Shown: piece after piece, positions 49,680-59,037 of the stretch
Layout: each line of letters begins with the position of its first letter
How positions within the stretch are numbered: position 1 is the stretch's first letter
DNA from: a plasmid
DNA length: 64,000 bases
Sequence record: NZ_CP033968.1
Reading direction: 5' to 3' (one strand)
Position numbers and translations under genes: made by a program
Notes under the pieces: generated by a model
The model's input: the letters and a program-made list of their open reading frames with translations, nothing else
Databases searched by the model: none
What the model was told of the DNA's origin: nothing

Positions 49680-49691
49680 AGCCTTCCGCCC

Positions 49692-49738
49692 AAGAAAAAA
49701 GGCCCTGCGATCTGAACGATCCAGGGCCTTGAGTTTTA
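49692..49738. terminator. bidirectional rho-independent terminator
   Basis: AGGCCCTG-cgatctgaacgatc-CAGGGCCT hairpin flanked by an A-run and a T-run, between convergent genes. Confidence 0.6.
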
Positions 49739-49764
49739 GCGCGAGCCTCACGGCTGGCAGTGCA

Positions 49765-52257
49765 TCAGCCACAACTACCGATGTGACCACACGCTTGGCA
49801 TTTGCTGCACCCATCGACGCGATGGAGTTCGTGAGCGCCACATTCCGGGCACTTCTTTCCGAGTCCTGCCCCGATCGATTGACCCAGGCTCACCACGGTC
49901 CCGCTGTCAGAAGTGACTTCGTCGAAAGCAAGCGCTGCGTCGGTTTTCGACAGGCGTCTGGCGAGTTCCGCTGCCGGTACCTGACTACCGTCCTCGGCAA
50001 GGAAGCCGCGTTTTTTCAGAATGGACTGCAGGGCGTATCCGATCGCTGCGACCTCCGAATCGTGGTGCAGCGGCACCTTCGATCCATCAGCCCGCGTCAA
50101 ATGCCCATAGCGCACCGCACCCTTGTCCCAGATGACTTCCCGGAGGTTTGCGACTGCCTTCGCTACCGAACCACCGGATCGTGCCACCATCGAGAGCATC
50201 CGCATGTTGGCAGAGATCCATTGTTGGCCGTCATTCCGCTGGCCCGCCGGCATGAAGAATTCCACCGGTCGTTCGATCTCCGCCTCCTCACCATCAACGA
50301 TGCCTTTGACGCGCATGAAGTTCACCGTGAGATATACGGTGTTCGCCCCCTCATAGGTAAAATACTCAACCTTTGAAGTGACACCCTCCAGTTCGCCGGT
50401 AGGCCGGCTGTCGAAGGGCATGCGCAACGGATCGTCCGCGATGGGCGTGGGCGTCGGGCTTGGACTCGGCGATGCAGGAGCCTCCACCGACAGCACGGCA
50501 CCGAGCACGGAGTTAGGCCGATAGGTCGCCAGTCCTTTCAAACCCGCCTTCCACGCATCCAGGTACAGATTCTGGAAATCCGCGTAAGGGTAGTCTTCAG
50601 GTACGTTGACCGTCTTGCTGATGCTGGTGTCGATGTACGGCTGAACCGCTTCCAGCATTCGCATATGGTCGATCGCAGGCATTTCCAGCGCCGTCACGAA
50701 GCATTCTGGCAGGTTCACAACATCCCCACCAAGATGCCGATAGAGGCGGTACGCATGATCAGCTACTTCAAACGTCTGATAGCTGTTGTCCGGCATACGC
50801 TTCTTGCGGTTGTACGTCCAGGAGAATGCAGGTTCGATGCCATTCGAGGCGTTATCAGCAAACGCGAGGGTGATAGTCCCCGTGGGTGCAATCGACAGCA
50901 AGTGCGAGTTGCGAATGCCGTGCTCCTGGATCAGATCTCGAACATCCTGGGGCAGGCGCTTTGCGAAGCCGCTCTCGAGGTACTTCTCTTTGTCGAGGAG
51001 CGGGAACGAACCCTTTTCGACAGCGAGCGCTACCGAAGCTGCGTAAGCGGCGTCGCGCATCGACTCCGAGATTGACGCAGCCAGCTCGCGTCCCGCATCG
51101 GAATCGTATCGAACTCCCAGCATCACGAGTGCACTTCCCAGGCCCAAGAACCCAAGGCCGATGCGTCGCTTCGACATGGCTTCGTCCCGCTGTTTCGGAA
51201 GCGGCCAGAACGTGGCGTCAAGTACGAGATCCAGCATTCGGATTCCCGTGGCCACGAGAGCCCTGAAGCCTTCGAAGTCGAAGTGTGCTTCGGGCCCGAA
51301 GGCGTTCCGCACGAACTTCGTAAGGTTGACCGAGCCCAGGCAGCAGCAACCGTAAGACGGCAAGGGCTGCTCCGCGCAAGGATTCGTTGCCTCAATCTGC
51401 TCGCAGTAGTAGAGGTTGTTGTCAGAGTTCATCCGGTCAAGGAAGAGAACCCCAGGCTCGGCGTGGTCATAGGTCGACTTCATGACCTGGTCCCACAGCT
51501 CCCGCGCGCTCACTTTTCGATACACCCACGTCCCGTCATCCCGACGGTACGATTCCGCCGTCAGCACTTCCGGATGGGGCTCTGCATTGTGCCAAAGTTC
51601 GATTTCCTCGCCGACTTCGACGGCACGCATAAATGCGTCAGTGACCCCGATCGAAATGTTGAAGTTGGTCAGTTCGCCCTTGTCCTTCGCGTGGATGAAT
51701 TGCTCGATATCTGGGTGGTCGCAACGCAGCACACCCATCTGAGCTCCGCGGCGAGCACCGGCAGACTCGACCGTCGCACACGACGAATCGAAGACCTTCA
51801 TAAAGGAGACCGGGCCGGAAGCTCGGGAGAACGTGCCTCGCACCAACGCACCGTTCGGACGGATGTCGCCAAATGCATAGCCGACACCGCCACCGCGCCG
51901 CATGGTTTCAGCGGCCTCGGCCACCGCGGTGTAAATCCCGGGCTTACCATCTTTGGCCTCGGATACCGAGTCGCCAACCGGTTGCACAAAGCAGTTGATT
52001 AGTGTCGCCTGGATATCGGTGCCGGCTGCAGAGTTGATGCGACCCGCCGGAACGAAACCCGATTCAAGCGCGTCGAGGAACTGGACTTCGAACTCGGCTC
52101 GGTTCTCTGGTCGCTCCATACTGGCTAGCGCCTTTGCGACACGGCGCCGGACATCCGCGACAGTCTTCTCGCCACCCTTGGCGTACTTTTCCAAGAGGAT
52201 CTCACCCGAAATTTCCTGGGCCGGCAGGATGCCGAACATCTTTTCATTTGCGTTCAT
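49765..52257 (-). CDS. nrdJ: class II (adenosylcobalamin-dependent) ribonucleotide reductase NrdJ
   Basis: 830 aa with RNR class II architecture and a C-terminal Cys cluster (CPECGAH...CSKCQACGH). Confidence 0.8.
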   Translation of the reverse strand: MNANEKMFGILPAQEISGEILLEKYAKGGEKTVADVRRRVAKALASMERPENRAEFEVQFLDALESGFVPAGRINSAAGTDIQATLINCFVQPVGDSVSEAKDGKPGIYTAVAEAAETMRRGGGVGYAFGDIRPNGALVRGTFSRASGPVSFMKVFDSSCATVESAGARRGAQMGVLRCDHPDIEQFIHAKDKGELTNFNISIGVTDAFMRAVEVGEEIELWHNAEPHPEVLTAESYRRDDGTWVYRKVSARELWDQVMKSTYDHAEPGVLFLDRMNSDNNLYYCEQIEATNPCAEQPLPSYGCCCLGSVNLTKFVRNAFGPEAHFDFEGFRALVATGIRMLDLVLDATFWPLPKQRDEAMSKRRIGLGFLGLGSALVMLGVRYDSDAGRELAASISESMRDAAYAASVALAVEKGSFPLLDKEKYLESGFAKRLPQDVRDLIQEHGIRNSHLLSIAPTGTITLAFADNASNGIEPAFSWTYNRKKRMPDNSYQTFEVADHAYRLYRHLGGDVVNLPECFVTALEMPAIDHMRMLEAVQPYIDTSISKTVNVPEDYPYADFQNLYLDAWKAGLKGLATYRPNSVLGAVLSVEAPASPSPSPTPTPIADDPLRMPFDSRPTGELEGVTSKVEYFTYEGANTVYLTVNFMRVKGIVDGEEAEIERPVEFFMPAGQRNDGQQWISANMRMLSMVARSGGSVAKAVANLREVIWDKGAVRYGHLTRADGSKVPLHHDSEVAAIGYALQSILKKRGFLAEDGSQVPAAELARRLSKTDAALAFDEVTSDSGTVVSLGQSIGAGLGKKCPECGAHELHRVDGCSKCQACGHIGSCG

Positions 52258-52337
52258 GATGATTGCTCCAAAGTGGATTGACTAAAAATTCGGTGGCGGA
52301 TCGTCCGCCCCGTCCTTGCAATAAGGGGATGGAACTC

Positions 52338-52380
52338 AGCCACAAGTAAAAAAGCCCTCCCGCGATGACGGGAGGGCTGC
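52338..52380 (-). terminator. rho-independent terminator (minus strand) upstream of nrdJ
   Basis: GCCCTCCCG-tcatcgc-GGGAGGGC hairpin followed by TTTTTTACTTG on the minus strand. Confidence 0.6.
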
Positions 52381-52418
52381 GTTTCACAAGCACTGGCGAA
52401 TCAAGCTGCTGGCGGCAT

Positions 52419-52823
52419 TCAAAGGAAGTACCCCGATGGGAAAGATCCTTCCTTGCCATGTGGGGCCTCTCGCGAGGCCATGACCGGCTCCTCACTCGGT
52501 CTAGCCTCGACATCGCGCCCTTCATCCGCGGCGCCCGTTGGGGCCGATTCTTCCGACGTGCTTGCCTCTGGGATGGGGTCAACCCGTAACGCATGCTTCT
52601 CGCAGCCAGGCCTCTGAGGATTGATAAAGACCGACTCAACGCAGCTGACGCCGGATTGCGCGGCTGCGTGGCCGGGCTGGCACCAGAGCATTCCTTCCAT
52701 ACCTCTGACGTTTGCACGAACCGCCGCCTTACAGTTGCCGCACCGGCGGCCTTCGATGGTGTCCATAGGGATTACTTGTTGTCTCGACTGTGGGATATGA
52801 GCAGCACCCGAACACATGCTCAT
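52419..52823 (-). CDS. Cys-rich (zinc-ribbon-like) hypothetical protein
   Basis: CGNCKAA...CQPGH...C motif. Start overlaps the stop of the upstream gene (ATGA). Confidence 0.4.
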   Translation of the reverse strand: MSMCSGAAHIPQSRQQVIPMDTIEGRRCGNCKAAVRANVRGMEGMLWCQPGHAAAQSGVSCVESVFINPQRPGCEKHALRVDPIPEASTSEESAPTGAADEGRDVEARPSEEPVMASREAPHGKEGSFPSGYFL

Positions 52824-53311
52824 AGGTAGTGCATCATCGCCAGACTGACGCCGGCCAGATACAACGGCCAGGATCGAAGGGACTGCACGAGATCGGTCGA
52901 AGAGGGCCAGCACGAGAGCAGTTGCGCTGACAGACCGGCCCAGATGAGTAAATCCCACTGCTCGAAGCTCCACGCTTCAGCAACACGCGCCTTCGCAATC
53001 AGCCAAACGACAGGCAGTCCCAGCAGCGGCGCGAGACATGTAGGGGCGGCATTGAACCACCGCAAATTCTCGAACGTGACTGATCCCAGCGCGATCCGAC
53101 CATCCGGCTGCCGCGTCGGGAAGAGGCTCATGGAGACCGGCTTTGCCCCTGTCATGGCCCCCACCAGGAGGTGAAGCAGCTCATGGATCAGCGTTCCCGG
53201 CAGCACACAAAACGAGAACACGGCCAAGCGGCCCGATCCGGCCTTCATCACCAAAGCTCCCACTGTCGCTGGCACCAGATAGGCGAGGGCGGTCAAATCC
53301 TCATGTGTCAT
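52820..53311 (-). CDS. membrane protein with HExxH motif (putative metalloprotease-like)
   Basis: Four predicted transmembrane segments and HELLH within the membrane region. Confidence 0.5.
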   Translation of the reverse strand: MTHEDLTALAYLVPATVGALVMKAGSGRLAVFSFCVLPGTLIHELLHLLVGAMTGAKPVSMSLFPTRQPDGRIALGSVTFENLRWFNAAPTCLAPLLGLPVVWLIAKARVAEAWSFEQWDLLIWAGLSAQLLSCWPSSTDLVQSLRSWPLYLAGVSLAMMHYL

Positions 53312-53481
53312 TAACGCAACCTATTCGTCACATTTGCGACGCGTAATCCACATTTTTGCGCGCTAACGGTTTTCACGGTGAAAACAGTCATTCCTTGCCG
53401 ACTGTCTGCACGGCCCCTTGCAAATGCAATGACGACGCATCAGAATACATAACATTTACGCTTACCTTCAGTGTATCGCAA

Positions 53482-53916
53482 ATGAACGAAAAGATTGCAT
53501 GTCATACGCTGGCTGGTCGTGCAGCTATCTCAGCCGGTGTCGCAGCTCTCCTCTCACTGGTTTGTACGCACGCTCTGGCTGCGGCCCCGAAGGATGTTCT
53601 GTTTGCAGCGATCAGGAGCGGGCAAGCCTCTGAAATCCTAAATGGTCCCGTTGCTGAAAACTGGCAAGCGAAGAGCCATTCAACAGCCCCCGTATTGATG
53701 TCGGCGAAAGTAGTGAAACGCTACAAGGGCGAGTGCGCCCGCTTGAGCGTGACCATGCGGCAGGAGCACGTCCCGCTCAAAGACGGTGGCGCAGCTCCAC
53801 TCGAGTTCTCATATGAACTGAATCTCTGCACCGATGGCTCGCCCCCCGCAGAGACTGTCGATTGGTCTGCGGTTCCGCAAGAAACACCAGAGAGATTGCG
53901 GGGCCAACTCCGATGA
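53482..53916 (+). CDS. secreted hypothetical protein
   Basis: Signal peptide. Immediately precedes traN. Confidence 0.45.
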   Translation: MNEKIACHTLAGRAAISAGVAALLSLVCTHALAAAPKDVLFAAIRSGQASEILNGPVAENWQAKSHSTAPVLMSAKVVKRYKGECARLSVTMRQEHVPLKDGGAAPLEFSYELNLCTDGSPPAETVDWSAVPQETPERLRGQLR

Positions 53917-53983
53917 GCCTCGCGGCGACTCAGGAATCTACGCGGGCACAGCCCCGCCAGTTCTTCAGGCTTGGGAACCTACT

Positions 53984-55636
53984 ATGAACAACGCTTGGAA
54001 TACTCCTTGGGGAAGACGCGTGCTATCCGTCATTCTGGGGCTTATTGGTTTCTTATTCGTAGCTGCCCCGCTCGAGGCTGCGGAATGTCGACGGGTGGGC
54101 GAAGTCTGCGTTGAAGGCGGCGGCGTTCGCAACATCGGCGGTACCGATGTGTACCGCGACTGCTGGCGCTATCGGGATACGTTCGAGTGCAAGAAGCCGG
54201 AGTCGATTGACTATTGCGCTCCCTTCTACAACCTAGCTGGATGCTGGCAAACGTCAACCAAGTGCATCGCCGCTGCTTGGGACGGTACATGTCTGACTGA
54301 GCAGCGAACCTATCGGTGCGACGACCCGTCGATGCCGCCTCCGCCGAACACGGTTGTTCTGGACAAGACATACACGATTACTAAAGACGCGCTGGACACA
54401 AAACAGTGCGACCCGTATTCCACGAACCCACTCTGTACTCTCGCATCGCACAAGTGCGTGGAGCCGGCGGAAACCCGAGTCATCAATGGGCTGCCGGTCT
54501 ACAAGTCGTGCTGGAGATGGCAAGACGACTACGCCTGTATTGACCCCACTCCCAAGAACGACTGCCAGGAGTACATCGACAAGGGATGCAAGAAGCTTGA
54601 CGAAGTGTGCATCGAAAGCACTGATCCTGTCGGATGCGTGATGAAGCAAATCACATACAAGTGTGTGACCAAGGAAGGCCAGACAACGACAGGCGAGGAT
54701 TGCAGTGGACGTACCTCGTGCTATGACGGGACCTGCTGGGACACCGGATACCCTGGGGATGACGACTTCGCACGCGTGGTAGCCGGAAAGGAGGCCGCCC
54801 GAGAAGCCGGTGTCTATGGTGCGGAGTCGAACAACTTCTTCAAGGGAGTGGCCGAATCGTGCCGGAAGGGCTTCGGTGGATTGAAGAACTGCTGCAAGAC
54901 CGACCCCGGGGCCAAGTCCAACAACACGATCATGATGCAGGCCGCGGGAGGTGCCGTTAAGTTCGGCGCAAAGTACGCGTTCGACTACATGTACAAGAGT
55001 AGCGAATGGATACAGGCCGGCATGAGTGCACTCGGCTACGACGGTATCGAGATGGCATCGAACTTTGGTGCTTCCTTTGGAATGTATGGGGTCTCCTACA
55101 CGGTCGGGGGAGCGGCCCTCGCCGCCGGTGAGACGACCACAGGCATGTTTGGTCAGACTATCTATGGTCTTGGAAATGGCTTCGCCTTCGACCCGTACTC
55201 GTTTGCCGCTGCAATTGCTATCCAGATAGTCATGGAGCTCATGTCGTGCGAGCAGGACGAGATGCAATTGGGCATGCACCGTGGTGCGCACCTCTGCCAC
55301 TTCGTAGGCTCGTACTGCTCGAATAAGGTGATGGGGGTGTGCCTTGAGACCAAGGAGGCGTATTGCTGCTACAACTCCAAACTGGCAAAGATCATCAATG
55401 AGCAAGGCAAACCCCAGATCGGCAAGGGGTGGGGGACTCCAGAGAGTCCGAACTGCGAAGGGTTCACCACCGCCGAGTTCCAGCAGATCGACTTCTCTGC
55501 AATCGACATGAGTGAGTTTGTCGGAGACATCATGGCCGCAACTGAGCTGCCGAACATCGACGATATCCAGAAAAGAATGAGCGAGAAGATGAAGGACATC
55601 ACGACCAACCCGACCATCCCCGTGACCAATCACTAA
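53984..55636 (+). CDS. traN: F-type mating-pair stabilisation protein TraN
   Basis: ~550 aa with a signal peptide and more than 40 Cys in regularly spaced C-x-C patterns, like F TraN. Confidence 0.75.
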   Translation: MNNAWNTPWGRRVLSVILGLIGFLFVAAPLEAAECRRVGEVCVEGGGVRNIGGTDVYRDCWRYRDTFECKKPESIDYCAPFYNLAGCWQTSTKCIAAAWDGTCLTEQRTYRCDDPSMPPPPNTVVLDKTYTITKDALDTKQCDPYSTNPLCTLASHKCVEPAETRVINGLPVYKSCWRWQDDYACIDPTPKNDCQEYIDKGCKKLDEVCIESTDPVGCVMKQITYKCVTKEGQTTTGEDCSGRTSCYDGTCWDTGYPGDDDFARVVAGKEAAREAGVYGAESNNFFKGVAESCRKGFGGLKNCCKTDPGAKSNNTIMMQAAGGAVKFGAKYAFDYMYKSSEWIQAGMSALGYDGIEMASNFGASFGMYGVSYTVGGAALAAGETTTGMFGQTIYGLGNGFAFDPYSFAAAIAIQIVMELMSCEQDEMQLGMHRGAHLCHFVGSYCSNKVMGVCLETKEAYCCYNSKLAKIINEQGKPQIGKGWGTPESPNCEGFTTAEFQQIDFSAIDMSEFVGDIMAATELPNIDDIQKRMSEKMKDITTNPTIPVTNH

Positions 55637-55648
55637 GCACCCTTTCAG

Positions 55649-55675
55649 GCCCGGAGCAATCCGGGCATTTTTCTG
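55649..55675 (+). terminator. rho-independent terminator
   Basis: GCCCGG-agcaat-CCGGGC hairpin followed by ATTTTTCT. Confidence 0.55.
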
Positions 55676-55807
55676 GAGCAGGCTTATTTTCGTACGTACG
55701 GCCGCCTGCCAGCCGCCACCCGCGCCTTAGATGCTCGCGTGCCGCATATCGGTACGTCAGGACATCCTTCAAAGCCTGGCATTCCATCAACATCAGAGGA
55801 GTGCAGT

Positions 55808-56224
55808 ATGAAGACCGGAGAATGGGTGGGTGCGGGACACTGGGCCAACCGTTTTTCACATCCGCGCGATTGGGGGAAACCGCTACTGGGCCGCATCCTC
55901 GACCCAGCCGATCGCCGTGTTTGGAGCAACTCGTTCGAGTTCCCCGTTGCTTCTCCCGACGGCGCAGCGGTTATGTCGTTGGTATTGAAGCAACAGGCTG
56001 CGGGACTGCTCGACGACAAGGTTCCGATCGAGTGGCATTTCGACAACAACCTGCGGATCATCCGTTGGGAGCTTTTGGTCAATTTGCGCACGGCCAAAGA
56101 TGAGCACATCTACTACAACGCCATCAAATCGCAACGACTTGACGAAATTAACCATCGCCGTACGAAGCGACGCCCACTTAGCGAATTCCTGCCGAACGGG
56201 AGCATTCATCTCGCGCACGCATGA
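55808..56224 (+). CDS. hypothetical protein, 138 aa
   Basis: RBS GGAGTGCAGTATG. Terminator downstream. Confidence 0.5.
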   Translation: MKTGEWVGAGHWANRFSHPRDWGKPLLGRILDPADRRVWSNSFEFPVASPDGAAVMSLVLKQQAAGLLDDKVPIEWHFDNNLRIIRWELLVNLRTAKDEHIYYNAIKSQRLDEINHRRTKRRPLSEFLPNGSIHLAHA

Positions 56225-56245
56225 GAACACGCACAGCAACTGCCA

Positions 56246-56279
56246 TGCCCCGTGACGAAGTCACGGGGCATTTTCTTTG
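56246..56279 (+). terminator. rho-independent terminator
   Basis: GCCCCGTGAC-gaa-GTCACGGGGC hairpin followed by ATTTTCTTTGT. Confidence 0.65.
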
Positions 56280-56332
56280 TGGAACCGCTAAACTTCAGCC
56301 ATGCTAGTATGTGTACGTGTTGAGTCTCTATA

Positions 56333-58270
56333 TTGCAGATTATCCATAAGGCCATGACCACCGAGAAACTTGGACGGTTGTCGCGTCTTGGCTTCCGATC
56401 GCTCCCTGAGTGTTTGCTTTCGGCACCGCGCGAGTACCGCGACTACCTTGAGCCTCTTTACGTCTTGCCGATCCCTGATACGGGACACAACCACTACCTC
56501 GTGCTAACACTCACAGAGGTGTGCTTGCTTGATGCCGCACAGCAACAAACGACGCGGTGGAAAGACGCCACTAGGCTGGCAGTTCGGGGGGTAGATGGTC
56601 GTGGCGACGGCGTATCCATTGTTATCATCGGGGCGGTCTGGCCGTGGAAAGCATTTCAGCCTGGCGACGAGCTACACCTGTACGGTGAGTTGAAAACGGG
56701 CTGGCGAGGCAGCCGCGAGTTGTTGAATCCGCACATTGTTCCGGAGGGCGATCGCGGAAAGATCATCCCCATGTACATGGGCAAGCCGGGGCAGGTGAAG
56801 GGGGAAGCTCTTGCAAAAGCGGTGCATGAAGCACTTCCGCGCCTGAATGAGGCCTCCTGTTTGCTGCTGGAGCAGGCTGGCATGCGTGAAACGGATTTCC
56901 GGGCTGCTGCCGGCTACCACGATCCGGCAGACCTGCTCAGAGATCTGCACGCGCCGGCGTCAGTGCGGGAAGGTATTGCCGCCGTCCAGGCCGCGCACCG
57001 ATTGGCCTTGCGCGCTGTTCTGAATAAGGCGATCCGCAATCAATCCCAGAAACCTGTTTCAGGTTCGTCGATCGCCCTCGACCGGGGCAAGGTTGCAGAT
57101 CTGATTGGCAAGCTTCCGTACGAGCTGACACCCGGGCAGCACAAGGGTATCGATGACATCGTCTCGGATCTGCGCTCGCCATTTCCGATGCGCCGATTAC
57201 TCTCCGGCGATGTCGGCACCGGCAAATCGGTCACCTACATGGTGCCCGCAGTGGCTGCATATCAGGAGGGTGCCCAAGTAGCCATCATTGCCCCGAGCCA
57301 GATCCTCGTTCACCAGCTAGCCAGCGAGCTGCGGGAATTCTTCCCCGGCATCCCCGTCTGCTCGCTCGTGTCTGGCTCGAAACTGGAGGAGGGCATCATC
57401 GTTGGAACCACCGCGGTCATCACCGCGGCAAAGGGCGCCTCCCTCATCTTTGACCTGGTAGTTGCTGATGAGCAGCAGCGGTTCTCGGTCGGCCAGAAGA
57501 ACAGCCTGTTGGCCGACCACACGAATCTGCTAGAGGCAACTGCGACTGCGATACCTCGTACCATGGCGCTGATCCAGTTCGGCGGCACCGCGGTATCGAT
57601 CCTCCGCGAGTCGCCTGTCAAGAAGAAGATAGTGACCCGGATTGTCCATCGCAAGGATGGGGCTAGACTGTTCGATTTCGTCCACCATCAAATTCGCCAA
57701 GGCGGACAGGCCGCGATCATCTACCCGATGGCAGAAGACAGGGGTGATGGCGAAAGGAACTCAGTGGAGGCAGCGTATGTCCGATTCCGCGCAAAGTGGG
57801 GCGATCGGGTCGGTATGGTCCACGGCGGCTTAACTGACAGCGACAAGACAGAAGTTATTGCTAAAATGAAGGCCGGCGCCATCGATGTACTTGTTAGTTC
57901 AACGGTCATCGAGGTCGGGGTCACGCTACCATCGCTTCGTGTTGTGGTTGTAGTGAATCCTGATCGGTTTGGGTTGTCACCGCTTCACCAACTACGTGGC
58001 CGCCTGGCGCGCAAAGGCGGCGAAGGGTACTTCTTCCTGTATCTCCCGGAGGAACCAGACGCCGCTGCCATGGACCGATTGCGGCAACTGGTCGAGTGCA
58101 ATGACGGATTTGCTCTTGCGGAACGCGATGCCGATCTCCGTGGCTTCGGTGATGTTGACAGCGATGGGGGCGCGCAGACTGGGAGCTCCCGGCTTCTTTT
58201 CTGGGGCGTGACCTTGGACCGAAAGGAAATTGAAAGCGGCGCAAGGAATCTAGGCTTGGTTACTGAGTAG
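56333..58270 (+). CDS. RecG-like ATP-dependent DNA helicase
   Basis: Walker A GDVGTGKS, DEQQRF (DExH), TATPIPRT, and helicase C-terminal QLRGRLARKG motifs. Shorter than E. coli RecG. Confidence 0.75.
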   Translation: MQIIHKAMTTEKLGRLSRLGFRSLPECLLSAPREYRDYLEPLYVLPIPDTGHNHYLVLTLTEVCLLDAAQQQTTRWKDATRLAVRGVDGRGDGVSIVIIGAVWPWKAFQPGDELHLYGELKTGWRGSRELLNPHIVPEGDRGKIIPMYMGKPGQVKGEALAKAVHEALPRLNEASCLLLEQAGMRETDFRAAAGYHDPADLLRDLHAPASVREGIAAVQAAHRLALRAVLNKAIRNQSQKPVSGSSIALDRGKVADLIGKLPYELTPGQHKGIDDIVSDLRSPFPMRRLLSGDVGTGKSVTYMVPAVAAYQEGAQVAIIAPSQILVHQLASELREFFPGIPVCSLVSGSKLEEGIIVGTTAVITAAKGASLIFDLVVADEQQRFSVGQKNSLLADHTNLLEATATAIPRTMALIQFGGTAVSILRESPVKKKIVTRIVHRKDGARLFDFVHHQIRQGGQAAIIYPMAEDRGDGERNSVEAAYVRFRAKWGDRVGMVHGGLTDSDKTEVIAKMKAGAIDVLVSSTVIEVGVTLPSLRVVVVVNPDRFGLSPLHQLRGRLARKGGEGYFFLYLPEEPDAAAMDRLRQLVECNDGFALAERDADLRGFGDVDSDGGAQTGSSRLLFWGVTLDRKEIESGARNLGLVTE

Positions 58271-58289
58271 CGTATGTGAGAGGGATTGA

Positions 58290-58859
58290 TTGGCTAAGGC
58301 AACACCGCTACCGGTCAAGGTGGCGATCTATCATCGGATCATCTCTGGTGACATTTCTCGCGTGGTAGCAAAGGACTTCCGGATCAGCCAGCCGACGGCC
58401 CTGAAGTACGCGAACGATGTCATTGAGAAACTTAGGGGGCTCAGCGAGATAGAGTCGACCCCCAGCCTTCGCACATTCCTCGCACGGTCGCTCAAAACCC
58501 AGTCCTTTCAGTATGCGGATGCGCCTGATGTCAAGGCCCTGCTGGAACCCATCCTGCAGCCGTACCTCGCCGACGCCGAGAACATCGACTATGCAGAGCG
58601 CGAGGGCGCGGATCACGCTTTGTCGACCCGCGTCAGTCCCACCACTTTCGAGCGATTCCAGGTAATTGTCGGACAAATGGCAGTTGAGAGGCCCGACATC
58701 ACACCGTCTGCGCACTTGCGGGAGATCATTGAGGCTTACTGCGAACAGGGGATCGTTCCTGCTCCGACGGTCTCGATTTCCGACCCGAAACAGGCGCGAG
58801 ATACCATCGTGAACGCCGTTACGGACCTGCTTCGCGACCTTGGGTACACGGGCTTGTAA
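58290..58859 (+). CDS. helix-turn-helix domain protein
   Basis: N-terminal HTH-like segment (ISRVVAKDFRISQPTALKYANDV). Only 20 bp after the helicase gene. Confidence 0.5.
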   Translation: MAKATPLPVKVAIYHRIISGDISRVVAKDFRISQPTALKYANDVIEKLRGLSEIESTPSLRTFLARSLKTQSFQYADAPDVKALLEPILQPYLADAENIDYAEREGADHALSTRVSPTTFERFQVIVGQMAVERPDITPSAHLREIIEAYCEQGIVPAPTVSISDPKQARDTIVNAVTDLLRDLGYTGL

Positions 58860-59037
58860 GCCGGCTCCTCATTGATACGGCCACCAGAGCCGTACCGTGC
58901 CCCGTTCCCCGTCCCAGTTCCATCTCTGTCGCGCATTCCCCCAGCAGAGCGCGTGCCTTCTGTCTCCCTGTCCGTCATCTCCCTGAGCAAGGAACGCCCG
59001 CACCTAGCGGACATTCAACTCAACTCAGGAGATCGAC

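Larger units (their letters stand above)
16883..55636. other. MPF-F/H-type conjugative T4SS region with interleaved cargo
   Basis: traW/U/trbC, traD, traL-E-K-B-V-A-C, trhF-like, traF/H/G and traN are all present. Cargo genes sit between the operons. Confidence 0.8.

Noticed and set aside
52244-52717. 157-aa minus-strand ORF overlapping the nrdJ start and the Cys-rich gene.
   Set aside because: It runs through a strong hairpin terminator and overlaps two better-supported genes in other frames.
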